Of a stretch of 32,000 bases of DNA, positions 1 through 6,645 are shown one piece after another. Both the position numbers and the translations under genes were made by a program. Within the stretch, counting starts at the first letter, position 1. Every line of letters starts with the position of its first letter. Source of the DNA: Edaphobacter aggregans (GTDB lineage: Bacteria > Acidobacteriota > Terriglobia > Terriglobales > Acidobacteriaceae); NCBI RefSeq assembly GCF_003945235.1, contig NZ_RSDW01000001.1, positions 5,820,001-5,852,000 on the forward strand, read 5' to 3'. The notes beneath the pieces are model-generated. The model saw only the letters and a program-made list of their open reading frames with translations, was not told where the DNA came from and did not search any database.

Positions 1-1071
1 CAATACAACCTGACCCCCACCGGCAGCCCTACCATCACCGTCATCGTCCCCGCCCGCAACGAGTCCGCCGACATCACCGCCACCCTCGAATCCCTTCTCA
101 ACCAGGACTATCCCAACCTGCAAATCCTCGCCGTCAACGACCGCTCCACCGACACCACCGGCACCCTCATGGACGGCCTCTCCGCCCAGCACCCTCAAAA
201 ACTCCGCACACTCCACATCACCGAACTCCCCCCCGGATGGCTAGGCAAGACCCACGCCATGGCCCTCGCCGCACGCCACGCCATCGCTATTCACCACCCC
301 GACTACCTCCTATTTACTGACGCCGACATCGTCTTCCACCGCGAAGTCATCCGCCGATCCCTGGCCCACGCTGTAGCAACCCAGGCCGACCACTTCGTCA
401 CCTTCCCCACCCCCCTCATCAAAACCCCCGGCGAAGGAATGCTCCTTGGCTACCTCCAGGTCATGGGCCTCTGGGCCACCCGCCCCTGGCGAGCCGCCGA
501 CCCCAAATCCATCCGCGACTCCATCGGCATAGGAGCCTTCAACCTCCTTCGCACACCCGTCTACCAACAACTCGGCGGCTTCGACGCCCTCCGCATGGAG
601 ATACTCGAAGACCTCACCCTGGCTCGTCGCGTCAAACAAGCCGGCCTCCGCCAGCGAGTCGTCATCGCTCCCGGCATGGTCACCCTCCACTGGGCCGCCG
701 GAGCCATGGGCATCGTCAACGTCATGACGAAAAATCTCTATGCCGTCTTCCGTTTCCGTACTTCGTTCCTTCTGCTTACCTGTCTCTGGCTCACCCTCTT
801 TTGCCTCGGCCCCATAGTCTTCCTGGCCCTCCCAGAGACCCGCACACCCGCCATCCTTACCCTGGTCGCAATCATCATCCTCTACATATTCTCCAGCCGC
901 CACTCCAGAATCTCCCCTTGGTACGCCACCCTCTTCCCAGCTGGAGCCACCCTCTTCCTCTACTCCATCCTCCGTTCCGTCATTACCACCCTCAAAGCTG
1001 GAGGCGTGACCTGGCGAGGAACCTTCTACCCCCTAACCGAGCTCCGCAAAAACGCCACACCCCTCCGCTAG
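1..1071 (+). CDS. Family-2 glycosyltransferase (GT-A), 5' end cut by window edge
   Basis: Frame 1 is open from base 1 (QYNLTPTGSPTITVIVPARNESADITATLESLLNQDYPNLQILAVNDRSTDTT...), so the listed ORF 169..1071 is only the first in-window Met. The 'VIVPARNE ... vNDrStD' N-terminus and the later 'FTDADI' acidic motif are GT2 signatures. The C-terminal third is hydrophobic (membrane helices). Confidence 0.85.
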   Translation, partial: QYNLTPTGSPTITVIVPARNESADITATLESLLNQDYPNLQILAVNDRSTDTTGTLMDGLSAQHPQKLRTLHITELPPGWLGKTHAMALAARHAIAIHHPDYLLFTDADIVFHREVIRRSLAHAVATQADHFVTFPTPLIKTPGEGMLLGYLQVMGLWATRPWRAADPKSIRDSIGIGAFNLLRTPVYQQLGGFDALRMEILEDLTLARRVKQAGLRQRVVIAPGMVTLHWAAGAMGIVNVMTKNLYAVFRFRTSFLLLTCLWLTLFCLGPIVFLALPETRTPAILTLVAIIILYIFSSRHSRISPWYATLFPAGATLFLYSILRSVITTLKAGGVTWRGTFYPLTELRKNATPLR

Positions 1072-1264
1072 CCTTTCAATCCGTCATTCTGACCCCGAGC
1101 TTGCCGAAGTGGAAGAATCCCTGTATTTGCCTTTGTCGTTGCGACCACCCTGGCTCTAAAACCTGTCAAGTCCAAACTCAAGTATCTGACACAAAACAAA
1201 TAACATCCGCGTGGCATAGCAATTCCATCGGATTCGCTATAATAGGTAGAAGAGCCAATAAATA

Positions 1265-1299
1265 AAGCCCCGGACTTAATTCGGGGCTTTTTCTTTTTC
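1265..1299. terminator. Rho-independent terminator, probably bidirectional (between the GT2 gene and ispG)
   Basis: AAGCCCCG (1265-1272) pairs with CGGGGCTT (1282-1289) around a 9-nt loop and is followed by TTTCTTTTTCT. An A-rich tract (AATAAATAAA) precedes it, so the minus strand also reads hairpin plus U-tract. Confidence 0.7.
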
Positions 1300-1317
1300 T
1301 TATAAACTATTCAAAAT

Positions 1318-1341
1318 AGATACTTTATAGATAAAGTATCT
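1318..1341. repeat. Perfect 11-bp inverted repeat AGATACTTTAT-AG-ATAAAGTATCT in an AT-rich spacer
   Basis: Read directly from the sequence. It lies 110 nt downstream of the ispG stop, in an AT-rich patch within a GC-rich context. Function unknown (protein-binding site or weak hairpin). Confidence 0.6.
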
Positions 1342-1451
1342 GAAATGAATGCTTTGCGGATCAAGTCCGAATCTAAACGATTTGTTTAGAATACTTTGCA
1401 CCAAAACATCCCAGAGGGGAAGGTACAGATGCGGTATCAAATTGAGAGCAG

Positions 1452-2684
1452 TTATGCCTCGACCAGCACCCGCCCATACCGTTTCTCGACATACTCATCA
1501 AGAATCGCCTGGAACTCCTCGACGATCCTGTCGCCCTTTAACGTAGTGAACAGCTTCCCATCCACATAAACCGGAGCCTTGGGCTCTTCAAATGTCCCCG
1601 GCAGCGAGATGCCAATATTCGCGTGCTTCGACTCGCCCGGCCCATTCACGATGCAGCCCATCACAGCCAGCTTCAGCTCCTCGACACCCGCATACTGCTT
1701 CTTCCACTCCGGCATCTGCTCAACCAGATAACCCTGAATCCGCTCCGCCAGCTCCTGGAAGTAGGTCGAAGTAGTCCGCCCGCACCCAGGGCAGCTAGTC
1801 ACCTGCGGCATAAAGCTGCGAATCCCCAGCGACTGCAGAATCTGCTGTCCACACCGAACCTCCTCCGACCGGTCCCCACCCGGAGTAGGCGTCAAACTAA
1901 CCCGGATCGTGTCCCCGATCCCCGAGAGCAGCAAAGGAGCCAGCCCGGCAGCCGAAGCCACAACTCCCTTCATCCCCATGCCGGCCTCGGTCAGCCCAAG
2001 ATGCAGCGCATAGTCGCAGCGCTTCGCCAACTCGGTATAAACATCAATCAAATCACGAACACCCGAGACCTTCGCAGACAGCACAATCTGGTCGCGCCGC
2101 AGCCCATACCGCTCCGCCGCAGCCGCATTATCCAGAGCCGACACCACCATCGCCTCCATCATCACATCGCGAGCGGGAAGGGGATCGGCCGACTTCGAAT
2201 TCTCATCCATCATCTTCGTCAGCAGCGCCTGATCGAGCGAACCCCAGTTCACCCCAATCCGCACCGGCTTCTGATGCTCCACCGCAACCTCAACCATCGT
2301 CCGAAAATTATCGTCATCCTTTCGACCGATCGACACATTACCCGGATTGATCCGATACTTCGCTAGCGCCCGGGCAGCCTCGGGATACTTCTTCAACAGA
2401 AGATGCCCGTTGTAGTGGAAGTCCCCAATGATTGGCGTAGTCCAACCCTTCCTCGCGATCCCTTCAACAATGTAGGGAACAGCCTTAGCAGCCTCATCAT
2501 TGTTCACGGTCACGCGAACCATCTCTGACCCGGCACGCGCCAGAGCCGCCACCTGCTGCACCGTACTCTCGACGTCCGCGGTATCCGTGTTCGTCATCGA
2601 CTGCACCACAACCGGCGCACTCGACCCCACCCGCACCCCACCAATATTTACCGTTACCGCACCACGACGCTGTATCTCAGGCAT
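1452..2684 (-). CDS. ispG: 4-hydroxy-3-methylbut-2-en-1-yl diphosphate synthase (MEP pathway)
   Basis: [45 protein letters not shown]...[10 protein letters not shown]...CPGCGRT...GCIVNGPGE are IspG/GcpE hallmarks. I prefer the Met at 2684 (GGAGAG 4 nt upstream) over the ORF-track start at 2738. Confidence 0.95.
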   Translation of the reverse strand: MPEIQRRGAVTVNIGGVRVGSSAPVVVQSMTNTDTADVESTVQQVAALARAGSEMVRVTVNNDEAAKAVPYIVEGIARKGWTTPIIGDFHYNGHLLLKKYPEAARALAKYRINPGNVSIGRKDDDNFRTMVEVAVEHQKPVRIGVNWGSLDQALLTKMMDENSKSADPLPARDVMMEAMVVSALDNAAAAERYGLRRDQIVLSAKVSGVRDLIDVYTELAKRCDYALHLGLTEAGMGMKGVVASAAGLAPLLLSGIGDTIRVSLTPTPGGDRSEEVRCGQQILQSLGIRSFMPQVTSCPGCGRTTSTYFQELAERIQGYLVEQMPEWKKQYAGVEELKLAVMGCIVNGPGESKHANIGISLPGTFEEPKAPVYVDGKLFTTLKGDRIVEEFQAILDEYVEKRYGRVLVEA

Positions 2685-2748
2685 AAACTCTCCACCCTCA
2701 AGTTTATCATCCGAAGGCCCACAACCCTCGCGATACACTAGCTCAGAT

Positions 2749-2825
2749 GGCCCGGTAGCTCAGTTGCATAGAGCAGCGCACTCCTAACGCGAAGGTCGCA
2801 GGTTGGACTCCTGCCCGGGCCACCA
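2749..2825 (+). tRNA. tRNA-Arg (anticodon CCU), CCA encoded
   Basis: Manual cloverleaf. Acceptor GGCCCGG/CCGGGCC, D stem GCTC/GAGC, anticodon loop CTCCTAA, variable AGGTC, T stem GCAGG/CCTGC, discriminator A, then CCA. Caveats: the anticodon stem has only 3 Watson-Crick pairs (27:43 and 31:39 mismatched), and the elbow pair is swapped (C19/G56). Confidence 0.8.
2806..2825 (+). repeat. attL-type core: last 20 nt of tRNA-Arg (GACTCCTGCCCGGGCCACCA)
   Basis: Exact 20/20 direct repeat with 7224-7243. Confidence 0.85.
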
Positions 2826-3440
2826 AAACACATTAAGTACTTTGTTTTCTATAGTTTACTAGAGAAACCTAAAATAGAATAACTTGTAAGTTATTTTTTA
2901 TGCTTTATTTACATTAAATTACTAAAGTAGATAAAGGCGGTAGGGTTGCCTGACCGCCAATCCCAAGAAATTTGTAACTCTTTGCAACTAAAGGCTTATC
3001 GGTGACTGCAAGCGTGACGGGACGTACGGTGGCCGAGCGAACGGCCCATCTTGGTTTCTACAACGGGATTCATATCCGCCGTAAGGCTTGCAGGTTCGGG
3101 ATCCTTGAGACCCGAGGGTCCACCGTATTACTACCGAGACCAGAAGAAGGTGGAGAGTGCCGGGCACTCTTGCAACCTGTACCAATCGTGAAGAGCGCGA
3201 TCTTCTGTTCTGACGCGATTGGTTTCTCGCGAGACCTCGCGTTGAGCTATCGGTTTCTGCGGTTCCTCCGAGATGCCTGATTCAATATCGCCAACGAGTT
3301 GCGGGCGACGGCTCGCATAGCTTTGGTTTTGGCCGCATCACTAGAATCGCAACCTGCTCCGCAATCCCTCGCTTGCAGCAGGATACTTCCTTCGGTATAT
3401 AGCCTTCGATAGTGCGTCGATTGTGTCGATTATGAAAAGA

Positions 3441-3523
3441 CGCGAACGACGGGATTTGAACCCGGATGACCTAGGATAGTCGGCGATTATTCATCGCTGT
3501 GTCCGCCGTTTCACCACATCCGC
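3441..3523 (-). tRNA. Type-II (long variable arm, Leu-like) tRNA-like gene with a non-canonical anticodon arm; possible pseudo-tRNA or non-decoding tRNA-like RNA
   Basis: Minus-strand read GCGGATG-TG-GTG-AAACGGCGGA-CAC-A-GCGAT-GAATA-ATCGC-CGACTATCCTAGGTCAT-CCGGG-TTCAAAT-CCCGT-CGTTCGC-G. The 7-bp acceptor pairs fully (two G.U). The D arm is type-II-like, the T loop is TTCAAAT and the variable arm is 17 nt. The anticodon stem is perfect only with a 5-nt loop. The alternative 7-nt loop TGAATAA has G33 and an A.C pair. No CCA is encoded. Confidence 0.5.
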
Positions 3524-3532
3524 CCCAAGAAG

Positions 3533-3562
3533 ATTATCCCTTGCGAAAGCTAGAGCGGTCAA
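3533..3562 (-). promoter_or_regulatory. Sigma70-like promoter for the tRNA-like gene (TTGACC-N18-GATAAT)
   Basis: On the minus strand, TTGACC (3562-3557) and GATAAT (3538-3533). The predicted start falls a few nt upstream of the tRNA-like 5' end at 3523. Confidence 0.45.
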
Positions 3563-3569
3563 GCATAAT
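3541..3569 (+). promoter_or_regulatory. Sigma70-like promoter TTGCGA-N17-CATAAT giving a leaderless or near-leaderless mRNA for the 84-aa gene
   Basis: -35 at 3541-3546 and -10 at 3564-3569. The ATG at 3575 is only 5 nt after the -10 and there is no SD. The segment is homologous to the promoter at 4867-4895. Confidence 0.5.
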
Positions 3570-3574
3570 GGGGT

Positions 3575-3829
3575 ATGGCAAGAGCGGCAAAGATCGTTGA
3601 GATTAATACAGGACAGCCTAAGCCAGAGAAGAATCCTGCGGCTGTTGCCTTAGGTCGCCTCGGCGGACTCAGGGGCGGTAATGCCAGAGCCGCTAAGCTC
3701 TCACCAGAAGAGCGCAAGGAGATTGCCCAACGAGCCGCTAAGCAGCGTTGGGCGAACCGAAAGAGTATAGAACTGGTGCCTACGGTTGATCAGGCCGTAG
3801 ACGCTAAGAAGGTAGCTAAGCTACCCTAA
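3575..3829 (+). CDS. Small basic Ala/Lys/Arg-rich protein (84 aa), probable nucleic-acid binder; function unknown
   Basis: Contains GRLGGLRGGNARAAKLSPEERKEIAQRAAKQRWA, a 'GG.ARA..LSPEER..IA..AA..RW' motif I recognise from many small accessory-region proteins. It has its own promoter and a terminator-like hairpin downstream. Confidence 0.6.
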   Translation: MARAAKIVEINTGQPKPEKNPAAVALGRLGGLRGGNARAAKLSPEERKEIAQRAAKQRWANRKSIELVPTVDQAVDAKKVAKLP

Positions 3830-3940
3830 TTTGGGGATGACCACCACGACGGTCTGATCGCCACTCTGAATGGTAATCACGACCCGACTGGTGCCTACGC
3901 GTATCTTGACGGATGACATAGGTTGGGTTTTCTCCTTTCT

Positions 3941-3975
3941 GGCCACCCGCTCTGCAACGGGTGGCCTTTCAATTT
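3941..3975 (+). terminator. Hairpin GGCCACCCG-N8-CGGGTGGCC followed by TTTCAATTT
   Basis: 9-bp GC-rich stem (3941-3949 / 3958-3966) with a partial T-tract. It sits between the convergent 84-aa and 267-aa genes. Confidence 0.5.
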
Positions 3976-4772
3976 GCAGAAGTCTTCGTGAGCGTGACGC
4001 TCAGTTCGCCGATGTCGTTCTCGGCGGTCTTGTAGCTAACCTCAAAAACGCTGATGGCTAGCTGGAGCCACTTCTTGCGCTGATCGGTAGACCACACGGC
4101 ATCCTCCGGCGGCAACTTACTGAGTAGCCCCTGAATGAACGGGTTGTTGTGGGGAGGATCCCCGCCGTTACCGCCCTGCCCACCCTTGCCGGGCTTCTCC
4201 TCCAATGGCGGTGGCGGTGCTTCGGCCTGTGGCTGAGTTCCTTGAGGAGCAATGAGCCGATCAGTGCCGAAGGCGAAGTAGCCCGCCTGAGTCGCGGAAC
4301 GCTGGAACGCCTGCCGCGCCTTGTCCGCCTGCTTGGGGGCGACCCCCATCTGCTCCATCGCCTTCTCTAGCGCCGGATTGGCCGGGAGCATCTGGTTCCG
4401 ATACTGATCGAAGATGCGCTTGTAGAGCGGGATGAGCAAGAAGGAATCGGCGCGGGCTGCCTTCTCCTGCTTGGGGTCGATTACCCGCTTGCCTAAATCG
4501 GTCAAGCTAAACAAGCCCTTGTCCGACTCGATCAACCCGAACATCTTAGCCGTTCCAGTGCGCAGGTTGAACCCCCCGGCCTTCGCAGAGACCTTGAGAT
4601 AGGCAGCGAGCGCATCGCGGCTGCAACTGTTTCCGGCAACGCTATGAATGGCCTTGGCCAGCTTCACAGCATCGTCCTGATCGAGGTAGGGGAACCTAAT
4701 AGTGGAGCGCCCCTGCCCTTCATCCTCCGGTGTCTCCTGCGCAACCTCCGGCACGACATTCGGTTCTGTCAT
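3969..4772 (-). CDS. Hypothetical protein (267 aa): structured N-terminal part, Pro/Gly-rich linker, conserved-looking C-terminal tail
   Basis: Long ORF with GGAAGGAG 8 nt upstream of the ATG. Sequence includes RFPYLDQDDAVKLAKAIH...LTDLGKRV (winged-helix-like by eye), a linker PPPPLEEKPGKGGQGGNGG, and the tail NPFIQGLLSKLPPEDAVWSTDQRKKWLQLAISVFEVSYK. No family assigned. Confidence 0.7.
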   Translation of the reverse strand: MTEPNVVPEVAQETPEDEGQGRSTIRFPYLDQDDAVKLAKAIHSVAGNSCSRDALAAYLKVSAKAGGFNLRTGTAKMFGLIESDKGLFSLTDLGKRVIDPKQEKAARADSFLLIPLYKRIFDQYRNQMLPANPALEKAMEQMGVAPKQADKARQAFQRSATQAGYFAFGTDRLIAPQGTQPQAEAPPPPLEEKPGKGGQGGNGGDPPHNNPFIQGLLSKLPPEDAVWSTDQRKKWLQLAISVFEVSYKTAENDIGELSVTLTKTSAN

Positions 4773-4833
4773 AGCAGCATCTCCTTCCGATACCCATAAA
4801 GTACCATAGAAAAGGAAGCGTGCAAGAGAATAA

Positions 4834-4861
4834 TTATGACTTTATCCTTTTTTATGACTTT
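4834..4861 (+). promoter_or_regulatory. Two exact 10-bp direct repeats TTATGACTTT (4834-4843, 4852-4861) abutting the -35 box
   Basis: Read directly. Centre-to-centre spacing is 18 bp. They lie in the divergent control region between the 267-aa gene and the Zn-ribbon ORF. Confidence 0.45.
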
Positions 4862-4866
4862 CTCCC

Positions 4867-4895
4867 TTGACTACATGACCGCTCAAGCATAGTAT
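4867..4895 (+). promoter_or_regulatory. Sigma70-like promoter TTGACT-N17-TAGTAT giving a leaderless mRNA for ORF 4902
   Basis: -35 at 4867-4872 and -10 at 4890-4895. The ATG at 4902 is 6 nt after the -10. The core CTCAAGCATAGTATTGGGTCATGG resembles GTCAAGCATAATGGGGTATGG at 3558-3578. Confidence 0.55.
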
Positions 4896-4901
4896 TGGGT
4901 C

Positions 4902-5108
4902 ATGGAAAGCCAACTGCAAGCTCCGAAGACGCTGACCGAAGCTATCCGCTACTACTCCGATACCCAGACCTGCATCAATGCGGTGGCGATGCTCCGCTGG
5001 CAGGATGGAAGCCCCATTTGCCCGAAGTGCGGCGCGACGCAAGAGAAGCGGAATCACTACTGGCTGGCAACTCAAAGCGCAGCCTCAATGGAACCTACAT
5101 CGCTGTAG
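4902..5108 (+). CDS. Stand-alone IS1595-type transposase N-terminal zinc-ribbon domain (68 aa); transposase remnant or domesticated stub
   Basis: LTEAIRYYSDTQTCINAVAMLRWQDGSPICPKCGATQ matches the 'F.dE..C..yL...RWp.G..CP.CG' N-terminus of IS1595-family transposases. No DDE domain follows in any frame. Confidence 0.55.
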   Translation: MESQLQAPKTLTEAIRYYSDTQTCINAVAMLRWQDGSPICPKCGATQEKRNHYWLATQSAASMEPTSL

Positions 5109-5152
5109 AGCCATTCCACATTCCGCGTCCATGTCTGGTCGCTGCTCAAGCC

Positions 5153-6130
5153 TTAACGCTGTGCTTGAAGTAGCACCGAATTGCGGTGGAAGTCGAGAAA
5201 TGTCCGTTGGCCTTCGCTGAACGCACCAACATTCACTGTCTGTTCAGTTTCAATTCCCATCCGCCGTAGGGATTCCCGATGGGCGACAGGCGAGATAATG
5301 AGCCTCCCGGCATCCTCGAAACTGATAAAACCTCGGTCAAAGAGATGATCGATGGATGGCGTCAGTAACAGTCCATTCTCTCCATTCAGCCTCTCTTCAT
5401 TATTTGAATCCCGCCACGGCTTGCAGTGGCTTGCGCGGAGATGTTCGAGCCTTTCCACCTTCGTCACTCTACAGAACCGCTCGATTCGCAATACCCGCTC
5501 TTTGAACAGCCCCTGACCTCGACGGGCAATGATGAGAGATTCACGGTCTGTCTCTGGAATATCCTCAGCTTCCTCGATCGTCTGTTCGAGGTGATGCTCC
5601 CACACTTCCATATCGGCTTTTTCCGCTGGGGGCCGGATCAGTGCGGGTTGCTGAGCCGATGCTTGGACGAGTTCTTCCGCCTGTCGCCCGATCAAGCCGA
5701 TGAGCACCTCGGCGAAATGCGCAGATAACTCAGTCAAATAGATTCCTTGATTTCCATTCCCTGAAGCTTGTAGAGGTGAGTATTTGCCGGGCAAAACCGC
5801 GCTGAGGACATCCATATGTTTCTTCGGTCGAACCTTATGTTGCATCTCGATAAAGTTCACACGGATTTTCCACCCGATCCGCTCCCAATTCATGCCCACG
5901 CCGCCAAATTCCTCGGGTCGAGGACTTTCATAACAATTGGAAAGGGCTATCCCAATCCCATAAATGAGCGTGTCGAAAAACGAGAAGACGAGGTCTCCGG
6001 GGGATACCTCTCGCATGGATTCATAAAAAGGATTGCGCCTGTCGCCTTGTGCGCGTTTAGGAGACCAGAGATACCCTCCGCTGATCTCCTGCCGATGCGT
6101 CTGGTTCTGATTCACCCACCAATAACGCAT
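5153..6130 (-). CDS. HNH nuclease (HNH_2 type) with an N-terminal reader-like domain; candidate modification-dependent (type IV-like) restriction enzyme
   Basis: The C-terminus RVTKVERLEHLRASHCKPWRDSNNEERLNGENGLLLTPSIDHLFDRGFISF is the HNH_2 pattern. The N-terminus MRYWWVNQNQTHRQEISGGYLWSPK...VSPGDLVFSF is a domain I recognise as recurrently fused to this nuclease; calling it a PUA/EVE-like base reader is inference. Homologues start at M-x-YWWVNQ, so I prefer the start at 6130 over 6205. Confidence 0.8.
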   Translation of the reverse strand: MRYWWVNQNQTHRQEISGGYLWSPKRAQGDRRNPFYESMREVSPGDLVFSFFDTLIYGIGIALSNCYESPRPEEFGGVGMNWERIGWKIRVNFIEMQHKVRPKKHMDVLSAVLPGKYSPLQASGNGNQGIYLTELSAHFAEVLIGLIGRQAEELVQASAQQPALIRPPAEKADMEVWEHHLEQTIEEAEDIPETDRESLIIARRGQGLFKERVLRIERFCRVTKVERLEHLRASHCKPWRDSNNEERLNGENGLLLTPSIDHLFDRGFISFEDAGRLIISPVAHRESLRRMGIETEQTVNVGAFSEGQRTFLDFHRNSVLLQAQR

Positions 6131-6205
6131 TTCGGCCTTTCTCATTAGCAGACAAATAAATTGGCCAAGAATATCAGGAGTCCCGTTATACGTGTTCGCT
6201 GTCAA

Positions 6206-6246
6206 CTGGAACGTTCCAGCATAACCTGTTTTGGGTTTATCCCAAA
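6206..6246. promoter_or_regulatory. Operator-like palindrome cluster in the HNH/XRE divergent region
   Basis: Perfect 14-bp palindrome CTGGAACGTTCCAG (6206-6219), then ATAACCTGTTTTGGGTTTAT (6221-6240) overlapping TTTGGG-N5-CCCAAA (6230-6246). The ATAACCTGTTTT half recurs at 6579-6590. Confidence 0.55.
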
Positions 6247-6266
6247 TCCGGTTTTAGGCTTCCTAT

Positions 6267-6506
6267 GTGACTCGCGCTACTTTTACCGAAAAGGCCGAAC
6301 GGTTCAGAGAGCTTCTCGTGGCAGCGAGGGAAGAGTCCGGGTTGACGCAGGTACAGGTCGCAGAGAGACTGAGAAAACCTCAGTCGTACGTTTCAAAGAT
6401 TGAGCGCGGCGAACGAAGGCTCGACATCATCGAGTTCTTCGAACTAGCTGAGATCCTGAAAATCGACCCCATTGAGTTTCTTCAAACTCTTCAGCGGAAG
6501 CATTGA
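6267..6506 (+). CDS. XRE-family helix-turn-helix transcriptional regulator (79 aa, GTG start)
   Basis: LTQVQVAERLRKPQSYVSKIERGERRLDIIEFFELAEILKIDPIEFL is a canonical HTH_3/Cro-C1 motif. It is divergent from the HNH gene. Confidence 0.85.
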   Translation: MTRATFTEKAERFRELLVAAREESGLTQVQVAERLRKPQSYVSKIERGERRLDIIEFFELAEILKIDPIEFLQTLQRKH

Positions 6507-6573
6507 TTCAAGGCCACGTTCCTTCACTTGGTCCATTCCGATTCTGTCTCTGCGACGAACCAACATGGATAAT

Positions 6574-6604
6574 GACACAATAACCTGTTTTAGGTTATTG
6601 TGTC
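6574..6604. promoter_or_regulatory. Perfect 12-bp inverted repeat GACACAATAACC-TGTTTTA-GGTTATTGTGTC upstream of the AlpA-type gene
   Basis: Read directly. It shares the ATAACC-N7-GGTTAT core with 6221-6240. No T-tract follows, so an operator is more likely than a terminator. Confidence 0.55.
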
Positions 6605-6645
6605 CTTCATATATGAATGTCCAAGTGAAATCCAGTGAGAGCGTT

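Noticed and set aside
310-903. 197-aa minus-strand ORF, plus 801..1265 on the plus strand, overlapping the GT2 gene
   Set aside because: Antisense or off-frame shadow ORFs typical of high-GC DNA. They have low-complexity G/E/D- or P/H-rich composition and no RBS, and the GT2 frame has clear family motifs.
1623-2366. 247-aa plus-strand ORF (and 1592..1774, 2500..2787) inside ispG
   Set aside because: Antisense to an unambiguous ispG. Pro/Arg/His-rich shadow translation.
2990-3440. Search for a decayed integrase next to the tRNA in all six frames (for example ...IALFTIGTGCKSARH... on the minus strand)
   Set aside because: Only vague resemblance to integrase motifs and no run of conserved boxes. 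I cannot support a pseudogene call without a tBLASTx search.
3821-3919. 32-aa minus-strand ORF MSSVKIRVGTSRVVITIQSGDQTVVVVIPKLG with GGAGAA 10 nt upstream, downstream of the 267-aa gene
   Set aside because: Too short to support from sequence alone. It lies beyond a hairpin and overlaps the 84-aa gene's end. Worth a look only if ribosome profiling or homologues exist.
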